The translations under genes were made by a program, and so were the position numbers. 64,000 nucleotides of DNA from Tubulanus polymorphus. Lineage: Eukaryota; Animalia; Nemertea. The stretch lies in NCBI RefSeq assembly GCF_964204645.1, contig NC_134027.1:8526485-8590484 (forward strand), written 5' to 3'. The notes beneath the pieces are model-generated. The model saw only the letters and a program-made list of their open reading frames with translations, did no database searches and had not been told where the DNA came from. Shown here piece by piece: positions 53,266 to 64,000 of the stretch (positions are counted from its first letter, which is position 1; each line of letters begins with the position of its first letter).

Positions 53266-55139
53266 ATGCTGCAACAGTGGTGCATCCTTTGTCATTGGTC
53301 AGACAGGAAGAAAAGAAAGCACATGTTGGGTCAGAATTAAACACTATAGGTGCTAGCCTATACTTTGTATTGTGTAATTGAAGTGGTAGATAATTGAAGA
53401 ACAATTGTCAGTGTGCACAGAGAAGTGTCATTACACTTCTGTATACCTGTATTCTATGAAATAAATATATACATACATGTATCCCAAATTGTTTCGAAAA
53501 TGTTTGTTGTATTTTGAAATGAGTCTAGATACAGCTGTAGGCCTATCGATTTTGAGTTGTAACTTCATCGGCCACCAATTCATTCAATCACTATCCATCA
53601 CAAGAATCCATCAATTAGCCTAGCTTGGAGGCATCGAAGATGTTAATTACCTTCAATTAACCAACATCATATGCAGTCCAATATATCCCTCAACCATTCT
53701 ATGCTTTATTAGGCAAGATAAGACCATGGGCAAAACTTAAAACTAGATTTTTGATACATTAGTTTATACATCCATGATTGATTTGTCTTATGAGAATGAT
53801 AATTATAATAATAATAATTTTATTTTCAACATATAATATTTACACATCCGTTCACCTCAGCAAATTAATTATTTTATTCCGAAAAAAGTACCGCGTAGAC
53901 ACTAGGGGAAACGTCTAAGTGGGTGGGGGAATCCTCATATATAACAAGTGGACTGCCAATAATGGCTTAATAGTTTATGATTATAAAACTAACTACGCCA
54001 AAAACGGCGGAATACGCCAGAAATGGCGAATGTTTTTATGTGTACCCATGGCAACGTTTACTTGAAAACTTTATAATAGTTTTTAAAACTAGTTCCCAAA
54101 TTTATTTTTAACAAAAATCATGATTAATAAACTTGTTTCATGCTGTAGTAGTTTTGAGAGTTTTCCCGGAGTTTTTGGGCTTCATATGACGTAATCATTT
54201 AGAAAAACGTAAATTTGACCACTTTACCTAGGCCAAAAATGTCCATCCTAGCGTCATATGAAAGCTTATCGTCTGCTCGAGATTATGACGTCATCGGCAA
54301 CATGCGCTAATTGAACCGGAAGTGCGCAAAAAACTTTAAAGCAAAACTCGAAACTTAGTGAGCTGAAACTGGCTGATTAAGCCATAAACGACTGTGAAAG
54401 TTTCAAAACTGAGTGATAATCATAAACGGCTGATTCTGCCGTAATTGGCGGAAAACGCCGAAATTGGCAGAATAAGCCGTTTTTGGAAAGTGTTCCTGAC
54501 TGCTAAATTGATTGATTACCTTATTCCAACCAACAAAAATCTATTATGTTTAGTAGGACTAGTTGTTACAGTGGACCTAATTAGCTAGATACTAGACTAA
54601 GATCACTGAATGGTAACTAAAAGGCTTATACCAGTCCAGTACCTACAACTCATGATTAGAGCTTAATAATGCTGTATATTATATCAGGTTATTAATTATC
54701 ATGAATGTGCTAATTCTTAATAAGTGCATGCACATTATTGTGACATACTTCTAAATTGAATGCTCTGATGACAAGCTTCTGAATTCGAACAGGCCTATTG
54801 ACTACACTATTGAATATGGGCTTCCTGTTGAATATAGGCCTAAAACAAGACCACCACATTTTTCTACAAATCAGGGGTAGCGATCGAACGGATCCGAACC
54901 ACCGCCACCGACCGGCGCGAGCGATCGCAATCTACAAAAAAAAAACGAACCGTCGTCGCTAAATGCGCAAGTGTGCGCTTTTTCCCGTGACTTAAAAAAG
55001 TGCAGTAAAATAGTGGCCAAAAAGTTATTAGACAGTAGATCAAAACTGCTTTACGGCGAGGGAAAGGGGGTTGTCAAAAATCATTTTTACTTACCGCAAA
55101 ATGTCAAGAAAAACACCCCGATCACTGATCACGACCTAA

Positions 55140-55647
55140 ATCGAATCGCAATGACGTCATTTCGAGGATTCCTTCCCCGTCCATGTGGGCTCGAAACCTG
55201 TAATTAATGAACAACGTCGGTGGTATCTTTCAATTTTTAGAATGAATCAGAGATGAAATATCCATCTACAGTTCTCCTGTTTCTCTGTGAATTTAAAAAT
55301 TTTTTCCGTAGCGTTAGGAATGAAAGCACATTCGACCGCCAAGGATTCTGGTAGCGCATGGGTTTCCCCACGCTTTAATGGGTTGTGGATGTAGTTCGAG
55401 TCCCGTCCGCGCTGCCCTAAAAACCAATGCCCCAAAAATCAACAAGGTGTATTTCGGAGAGGGTATGCATAACGAAGATGAGAAAAATATCATCTGCCAT
55501 GACCAAAAAGTATTCAATTCGTTGAATAGATATTTGATAAATTATGGATTTTAGTACGGGTACGTGCGCGTCAGACAAATTGGGTTTTCCCCGTTTGTAA
55601 TTGAAGCGCATTGCATAGCATTGGGATTGTCATTTCTTGATTTCATT
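55140..55647. promoter_or_regulatory. Divergent NPEPL1 / IRAK-like promoter with CRE and NF-kB-like sites
   Basis: ATGACGTCAT (55151-55160), GGGTTTCCCC (55360-55369) and GGGTTTTCCCC (55582-55592); CpG-rich relative to its flanks. Confidence 0.55.
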
Positions 55648-58600
55648 ATGTATCAATCGACCAGAGGTCGGCGTGACTACCTTTATACACTTCCTTATGG
55701 TGTCCGTACAAATGTTGTCAATTTCCTCAGTATTAATGAGGCATGGAAAAAACTAGGTATGTTTTTTTGTATTCAATTTGCCAAGGCAATTTTTATATCC
55801 TTCGTAATTCGAAATCGAATACTGAATTACTGACTTCGGTGAAAATGCTTTGCAAATTGTGACAACCATTTTATATAGTTTGTCTTAATTCTTATTCTAT
55901 CACCTGAGCACCTTCTCGTCTGCATCAGTTACTTGTGACTGTGATACCCGGCGCCAGCTACATTTTTTATTTCCTTGATTTCAGCTGCAGTTCTGAACTT
56001 TTCATCCCTCGAAATTGATCTATTCGAAGTAAGATCACATAGAAAATCCCCAGCCGAGACATTTTGGATTGAATATTCGACTCTTAATCCCACAATTGCT
56101 GATTTGTTTTGTGCCTTGGCTGAAATAAAACACTACCTGGCAATGAGGGAACTTCTGCCATATGGTCAGTTTGACTTTCACGTTATTTCCCATCTAATGG
56201 ATGATTTGTTGAAAAAAGTGTTGAAATTTTTTTCCAGTTCCTCGAATACTACATAGTAAGATACCTGGTTTGGAAGATGATTCGGCACTAAATATCACAG
56301 TGCCATCTCAACCGCCGACAATTCCAGTGGTCTCTGCTACTCCTCAACAATTCCATGAATCATGTAAGCATATTTGACCCATCTATGGTCGACTTGAGTA
56401 CTTCAGAGATTGCATTCCTGGGCAATAACTAGAATATTCATTAGGCAAAAGGAATGGACCAAGAAATGATTTCAATTGTAAAACTGAAATATTTCAGTCA
56501 ATAGGACTTAAAAAACTGAATAAATACATGAAACTACGTCCAACAAAGTAGAGTGTTATGGCAAAGTAGACTGGTGAATATGAAAACTGTTTTATCGTCA
56601 GTTGCCTTTAACTAATAATAGATAGAAAACATAAGTTAAAGATTTATAAAGTGTGTGAAAGCTATCATGTGCATGCTATCTTAATAAGTTGTTGTAGGGG
56701 AAGAATTTTCAATTTTGAAATTACATTTATATTTGATAGGTTTGCCAGGTCCAGAAAGTCGGATATCAAATACGTCAAACATAGATAATTATGCCGCATC
56801 AGCATCATCAATTTATAACCAAGGATTTTATCGGCATCATGCGTCAGTCCCTAGCGCCGGTCATCACGCAGCAGGCCCTGGAATAGGTGTAACCAGTCAA
56901 ATCAGTGAGCTTTCTGATTGTGATAACACACATATTGGAATGGGACTGGTACCCACTGCACCACAATTTCCTAGTATTGGTTAGTACGAACGTTATTCAT
57001 AGATATAAAAACCGGATGCCTTTTACAATTACCAAACAACAGATATTCGGGTTTTCCCGACTTATTATTTGCCAACCTAGCTATTTCCACTGAATTCATT
57101 ACAAACAATCATTAAACCTCAGCTTAGATAAATACATCTCATGATCTGTCAACTTAATACAATGTCATGCCATGCATCTATTGAAACAACTTTATTTAAG
57201 AATGTGATAGCAATATTTACTCTTCAATTTGGTATTCATCGAAGCTAAATGATACTCCTGATTTAGGTTTTCTCCAAATCTGTCGTTCTAGATGCATCAA
57301 TAGCATGTGCATTACGAGATACGCAAGCGATTCCGAATCAAGAGATATATGACGCGACGGATGGTTTCAGTGCCAAACATGAAGTAGCTCATGGAAATAA
57401 TTCGAAGATCTACAATTATGTATGCCCGAAAACAAAGAATAGGCTCACTGTTAAGCGCCTTATGCCGGTAATTCTGTGACCTAATGATTTGAGATTTGTC
57501 TCATATAATTTTAGTTTTGAAAATTTATTACGTACCCCATTAATCTTTAGTTTCGCACATATTTGGGGAAATTAGTCAAAATAATTCATAATAAGAGGAG
57601 ATACCCTGCCAGTGAAAACTTGAGGGTTATCACTCACTACATTAGATGCTATACTATTTTTACTTTTTGGTTTTTAGTCTGGGGAACTAGAAGAAGATCA
57701 GAGACAACATGACCATTTTGTCCAGGTTATTCAAAAGCAGATGAAGTAAGTAATTTTTAACAAAAGTGATATAAAAACTCGTCAACATATATCATAGTAA
57801 GGTTTGACATACCTGGTATCTGTATTTTAGGTATCGCAATGAGAACATTGTTCAACTATATGGATACAGCATGGATAGCACACCAGATCTTTGTCTCGTG
57901 TATGAATATCTAGCCAATGGTTCCCTTAAGGACCGGATACTATGTAAGGTGTGTTATATTTGAAACTCTCTCTTCAATGATTGGCATTGTGGTACTTGGA
58001 TTTTGCTTGAGCTTTGTGATCTAGAAAATAATTCTCATTTCATTATACAGGGACAAACAGCTCCACTTACATGGCAACAGCGCATCTCAATTATGTCGGA
58101 CATGGCCCGTGGCCTATTATACCTACATAACAATAATGTCATCCATCTCAACCTGAAAAGGTAACTTAAAAACTTTGTTCATAATAATTTAATTACTAAA
58201 TTGATACTTGCCAGATAGATTTCAACCGTATTTATGATCAATTTTCTATAATCTGATTTTCCAGTTCAAATGTTCTACTTGATGAACATTTCAAAGCCAA
58301 ATTGACTGATATTGGAAAAGCAGTGGTTGCTCTGGATTCGAATGGAAGGACCATAATTGATGGAAAAAAATTCACGCAGTCGTATAAAGAAAGTTCAGGC
58401 TATTTTATGAGAGATTTCCTCGTGAAACCTACTTTTAAATCGGACATTTTCAGTCTAGGAATTGTAAGTATTCTAAAAGATTATCAATTTGTGACATTAA
58501 TGTAGAAATGATGTACGGTTATTTAATAATTTACTTTTGAATTGAGTAGTACCATGGTTATTGCTGGTAATGTGATTTCGAGATTTAACTTGAGACAACA

Positions 58601-60446
58601 CTATTTTTTCAGATTATCGGAGAATTGTATTTAGGAATGGAAGCCTTCGATGAAAAACGTGCTATGCATGAACACTATTTAGTAAGTTGTATTTGAGTTT
58701 TTCTGGGCCATTTCCAGGCAGTGGACAATCATGAGTAGTATCGCTTGTGCACTTTTCCCGATGGTCTTAATTCTAATATCACTGATTTGTCTACTCATAG
58801 TTTGACATTTTGTCTGACAAAGAAGAAGATAAACTCATGAACGCTATGGATCCCAGGGCAGGAAACTGGCCAAAGGATATTAGTCATAAAATCATCAAGC
58901 TGTGTAAGAATTGTGTGAGTGAAAATGAATCGACACGGCCGGATATCGTTTCCGTTTGTAGTGAGGTCAGTATTTAACTACCGAGAATCATTGTATTCAC
59001 TAATATTCCTCAAGGCGAAAGTTTTATTTTTGATTTGTTTGAAGAACATCTCAAACATTTCTATTTCAAACATTGTTACTATACCAGCTCGTGTATTGTA
59101 TATCTAATTTCAGTTTGATGACATAACTTTAATGGCAAAACAAACAAGTTACGCAGTTGGCAAAGGTATGTATATGACTAGATTTAGGCATAGAACAAGT
59201 AGATTAACATTGAAGTGTTATAGATAATAATACACTTGTCAACTGAATGAGTTTGTATTCTGTTACAGAAACGGGAACTTCTGATGTGGGTACAGATGGC
59301 TGCTCCATGTATGATAAGAAAAACTCCCTGAATCGGCAGAAGAATTTTTCGATTATTAGCGACGTACCATCCAGCCCACAACAGCTCATCATGCAGCCTA
59401 CCTCTGCTGATTACAAACCAATTTATCCCACTTTGTGTTTGGATCAAGAATCGGTTCATAGTTTCAGCTCTGCTCATAGTATGTCCAATCGCTGGAACTA
59501 TGACCCTTATTTGGATAATCTTGCCCCACCTGATGTGAATGCCAAAAATGATAACAACGAACAGAAAGAGCCGAATCAAGAATTGCCGCAAAGTTTCCAA
59601 CGACGCAAGAAGAAGGCAATGTGGCCCGAATTGGAAGAATTCATCAACAAGAAAAGTGAATTTTATAGTATCAATCCTGAGATGAGCCATGGAAAAGATA
59701 AGGTTTTTGAAGAGGAGAAAGCTCCACCGTCGCATAGTTTGCAAACATCTATCGAATTTGTTGGTAAAAACGCCAATGATGATAACAATGATAAACAAAG
59801 TTATAGCATTTCATCAAAATCTGTCCGCGGAAATCAAGTTATCATAGTCGATGATGACAGTTCTGATAGTGACACAGAGAGTTTCTGGTCGAATTTTGCG
59901 CTGAATGAGAAAAAGAAGAAATCCGACAAAACGGAGACAAAGAATACAAAGATGTCAAAACACACCAGTAGCAATGGAACATTCGTAAACACCTCCTCAT
60001 TGTCTAGCTTAGATCCTGGATATTTAGACACAGATATTAATGTAGATGATTTTATCAGATCTTGTGATCAGAAAGAGCGTAAATCAAAGGCAGGTGGGTG
60101 CACTGATCAGATCCCTATAAATGACAAGAAAAAGACGACGGATAATTTTGATATGCCAACCGTGGCCAATGAAGAAAGAATGCTCAGCGATGTTTTTGAT
60201 AGTTTTCCGAGTACATCGCTTGGTCAAGCTGATGAGTTTTTGGCATTGGAGTCATTGGATATTCCTCATAATCGACCATTGCCCCCTATTGATGCAATTC
60301 CTAGCGTTGATTCACAAGACTATGAAGATTTTGTGACAAATTTCAGATCAATCGCTGTTTCTTCTGGACCGTGTAATAATGACAATGGTGATCAGCAGTT
60401 ATCTTCCTTATTTTTGGATGGTGTTTCTGGGCCACCTGTTATATAG
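55648..60446 (+). CDS. IRAK/Pelle-family protein: death domain, Pro/Ser linker, degenerate kinase domain and long acidic C-terminal tail (13 coding exons by manual splicing)
   Basis: Death domain YLYTLPYGVR...EAWKKLA...SPAETFW...NPTIADLF. Kinase segments EIYDATDGFS, LTVKRL, NENIVQLYGY, CLVYEYLANGSLKDRI (Tyr gatekeeper), LTWQQRISI, IHLNLKSSNVLLD, KSDIFSLGI. Last exon 59269-60446. Orthology to a specific IRAK is not assignable by eye. Confidence 0.9.
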
Positions 60447-60699
60447 TCAGCTAGTAACCCAAGACTTAGCTTTTAATAGTAGATAAGACATGAAAATATC
60501 TGATCATAAGAACTAAGTTACATTCTGGTTACTGACTAAAAAAATTGAATATGATTTCAAAACTGCTGTTTAAATTGTATTTTTATATCATGTTTCAGAT
60601 GTATAATTATCAAACAATCAGGTTTGTCTTGATTGCTCAGTTTCGTGAAAGATTTAGACTGGATTAATTGCTATTGGTGACTTTGTAATTTCAACATCA

Positions 60700-60877
60700 G
60701 GGGCTAGTTGCAAGAGTCATGGCTTAGACTTAATACCAGTCTAACACCATTACTTCAATAACCATTGTAACAGCTTAAGATCAGTTATAAGACTTAAGAC
60801 CACTTTTGTACTTGAGCTGCGACTGGGGCTGGTTCCATTGTCCAAAAGTCTTAAGCCATGACTATGGAACCAGCCCC
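60700..60877. mobile_element. MITE family D copy plus a 53-bp mini-copy in the IRAK-like 3' UTR
   Basis: ggggctagttgc...gacttaagaccactttt as at 44885; mini element GGGGCTGGTTCCAT...ATGGAACCAGCCCC at 60825-60877. Confidence 0.75.
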
Positions 60878-61684
60878 TACAGATTTACCATTGTAAGGTT
60901 AATCTCTTTCTTGAAATTGAAATCTGAGGTTACAGTTTTTTCTAATGGTTTTGTTATGTGATTAGATATATATCTACTGGTTTTATGTGATGTCAAAATA
61001 TTAGATATATTTTGAAGATTGACCACGTGCTTTTGAATGTAATATCATAGTTTTGGCAAAAATGTCGATGGTTGAAATCATTTGTAAAATATTTCGCTTA
61101 TAGCCTTGGAAACTAAACAATAGCAAGCTGCCAAATGTTCCGGATTATCAGTATTTGTTATTCTTAACGCAAAATAGGGATTTGATTTGTTTGATGCATA
61201 TTGAAATAAAGATGTTACTGAGGGTTTTATACTGTCGATAACTGATTAATTTGAACAATTCTCATTTTTTGGTGCTTTTGATTGTTTATGCTTTTCTATA
61301 AAATGATATTTGTTATGGTTGTACAAATAGAACATGTTTAAGAATATAGAATAGCTAATATAAATGTTATTAAAGAAAGGGCCTTAAAACCTGATATTCC
61401 CTATGATTAAAACAGTTAATAAATATGTATGAATAAATCATTTGTGTTTTATTATATAAATCAACTCTGAGGCCAAATGCCTTGACGATCTGCAGGAACA
61501 GAATGAGCACACGGATGGGAATGAACATGCTCTGATCACTTGACAAAGCAAACATGTATGAGCAAAAAGCCTTAAACTTGATATTTACAAGCCAGGAAGG
61601 AAAATCAGAATATCGAACAATGGAATAAATGGATATATATCACACAAAGAGATAACAAGGTACAAGCGTGTGGAGTTTTAGTGG

Positions 61685-62030
61685 GATATGACGTCAAACA
61701 CATCCAGCGTTATGGTTGTGTTACTTCTTTGACACTTGCGCGGAAGTAAACGTAACCACGTGCTTTTATTTACATCGAACAGCTGATCTGACTGTGACGT
61801 CACCACGATGAACTTTAGCCTTCGCGTTATATATTATAAAATTCCGATTTTGAAAATTTAATGATTCGAAGCCTGAAATTAGGATAAATATCGCGCCTGG
61901 TCAGGATTTTTATGCAGAATTGGTATTTAACGGTAGAGTATGCGAAAAATTTGCCCAGATAAGGCGTGGCGTAACCGACCATGTGACCTGAACGTCACGT
62001 CAATTATCGACAAATCCGCCATTGCTGTTG
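61685..62030 (+). promoter_or_regulatory. UBE2H promoter
   Basis: TGACGTCA (61689, 61795), CGGAAGT (61741), CACGTG (61757) and CCGCCATT (62017) cluster just upstream of the ATG at 62122. Confidence 0.55.
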
Positions 62031-62121
62031 ATATTGTGTAGATCAGAACTGCAATACCGAGAGAATCAGCTGGAATTTCTTGACTTTCAGGACCCGCCAA
62101 CGCGTGTAGAACGTTTCAGGA

Positions 62122-63897
62122 ATGTCTTCACCGAGCCCAGGAAAACGTCGAATTGACACAGATGTCGTGAAGCTGTATCCTTTTTCATGACGACTGATAT
62201 ACATCGAATTATCGATCAAAACAAACGAAAATGCATGCATCATTATGTGGTTGGACATTGCCACACTGCACCACTCACTACTGCATACATTATTCTCTGC
62301 AATATCGTGCAATATGTTTATCGATGTTTATTGTTTGATTTTCAATGCATTCGATTCAGTGCATCTTTTCTTACGCATTTGGTACATCATTATTGAAATT
62401 GACCCTGTATCTATTTTGTCCTTGATTGAGGTGATACAGAAGAAAAATTAGAAGTTGAAAGAAGACAAATTTTGGCAATGTGTCAATTTACAAATATTAA
62501 TAGACTATTATTGACATTGTTGTGTGATTTAAACGAAGTACGAGTAACCATGACGATTCCTGCTGTTTGGTTAGGGTACTTATAACAACGTTGCCTTGAA
62601 ACTAAATTTGATCAGAGGTCAAAGTTCAATTCGATTTTGATCAGGGGATTAACATTAGGCCTACTGTTGTTATTTATGAGTGTTCGAATGAACTAGCCAG
62701 GATGAGGCAGATTTAATTTTGTTCATTTCTGATTTTAGAAAATTATTAGCTGAAATGTATTAGGCCTACTGAGTACTTAAACGACTATTTAAACATTATA
62801 AATTAGATAGGCCCTATTATTCTTCAGACCTTCAATCAACGGTAATTGCTCACAGGCATCAAATGCTCAAAATTTTTTCCAATGGCAGGTCCCCCAAATG
62901 GACTCCCTAAAAAATCGAAATCCAGCCAAATTCCTCAAGCCTGAATAGATCTTCGAAAACAATGTTAGTTAATGTAACCCCTTGTTGGTCGGAGAATCAA
63001 ATCCATGATGGCACAACTCCAGTCTCTACAAAATTTTTGCCTAAAATACTTACTTGCAAATTGTTAACATTCTTGACTAAATCATTCAGTATTGAAAGTA
63101 AACATGAAGTTACTCTTCTGAAAGGATTGAATGAATTTGTTGTCAAATTTCATGGACCCCGTGGAAGTGAGTGTAAAATAGAAAGAAATTCTGTGAAATT
63201 CTTTTTTTTTCACGATGACAGTTTTTAATGATGATTGATTTTGATTTGTTTTTTAAGCCCCATATGATGGAGGAGTATGGAAGATTCGTGTTGATTTGCC
63301 TGATAGATATCCATTCAAATCACCATCAATAGGTAGGTATACAACGCACTGCATATTCCAATTGGACAATTGACTAAGGCCCTTCCAAGATTTAACGTAG
63401 GGCCTACAACCTGCAGCAAGAGCCTCCAGATTTCTGCACCCCCCCCCCCCAAATTATTAGGTTGGGATGCTCTATGATTATGTTGACTGTATATGTTTAC
63501 ATATTTCTTAACCATCGCTCATGAGTTTCCAAGTCATTGATTACTACATTTGTTCACCAGGGGATGTTGAATATTGAAATTCTCAAGAGTTTCGCCTAGC
63601 AGAAATGGTGTCCCTGTACCCCTAGTTTTAATGTTTATTTCTGTATTTTGGCTTTTCTTTTTTAGGTTTCGTTAACAAAATATATCATCCTAATATCGAT
63701 GAAGCGTAAGTAGTCTTAATGATTCTATTCCGTTTTGATCTAGCCATCTACCTATTTGATGGATATATTTGATGATATTCTGATGGTCTAGATATTGCAA
63801 TCTATTTCAACTTCTACAATGGGGCCTATTTGAAAATTTTTCAGATCTGGGACAGTTTGCCTTGATGTGATTAATCAAGCTTGGACTGCATTGTATG
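62122..63897 (+). CDS. UBE2H: Ubiquitin-conjugating enzyme E2 H, 5' part (exons 62122-62174, 63090-63166, 63258-63332, 63666-63705, 63845-63897; continues beyond the window)
   Basis: [99 protein letters not shown]; HPN motif and catalytic Cys present. Confidence 0.97.
62175..63089 (+). other. U12-type (minor spliceosome) GT-AG intron 1 of UBE2H
   Basis: Donor GTATCCTTT; branch TTCTTGAC (63070-63077) ~13 nt before the AG; no long polypyrimidine tract. Confidence 0.88.
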
Positions 63898-64000
63898 GTG
63901 AGTATGTATGGAACCCCTTGATGGTGAAAATGGCGTAAAGAGGTCCCTGAATTCATCTGGCGACTCTTGATCTTGCATGGCAAAATAGTGCAGTTTCTTT

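Noticed and set aside
52843-53404. Overlapping 66-105 aa ORFs
   Set aside because: They lie largely within a non-autonomous element and show no transposase motifs.
59184-59798. 204-aa minus-strand ORF
   Set aside because: Antisense to the large terminal exon of the IRAK-like gene.
1-64000. CRISPR arrays, tRNA/rRNA genes, autonomous transposons, prokaryotic or horizontally transferred genes
   Set aside because: None seen; B-box matches lack cloverleaf structure and all long coding segments belong to spliced animal genes.

Overview
AT-rich, intron-dense genomic DNA from an animal, probably a spiralian invertebrate (inferred from gene content, short introns and repeat types; not proven). Seven multi-exon protein-coding genes are recognisable: HYDIN (-, 2046-32106), TMEM243 (+, 33012-35558), FBXL13/DRC6 (+, 36719-44127), EXOSC4/Rrp41 (-, 45513-47089), NPEPL1 (-, 49219-52575), an IRAK/Pelle-family death-domain kinase (+, 55648-60446) and UBE2H (+, 62122 onward, running off the window). 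TMEM243 is missed entirely by the ORF track and UBE2H almost entirely. Introns and intergenic gaps contain many short non-autonomous transposons. I found no defensible novel multi-gene system. The best leads are: (1) the IRAK is a pseudokinase (HRD to HLN, degenerate Gly loop, no alphaC Glu) with NF-kB-like sites upstream; (2) in-frame 9-18 nt microexon candidates in the two axonemal genes HYDIN and FBXL13; (3) a HYDIN/TMEM243 head-to-head promoter with RFX X-box motifs; (4) an H/ACA-like structured element in the last FBXL13 intron; (5) Penelope-type minimal hammerhead remnants; (6) MITEs with 5- and 6-bp target-site duplications; (7) a U12-type intron in UBE2H. Gene identities rest on manual splicing and recalled similarity to vertebrate orthologues; no database search was run.
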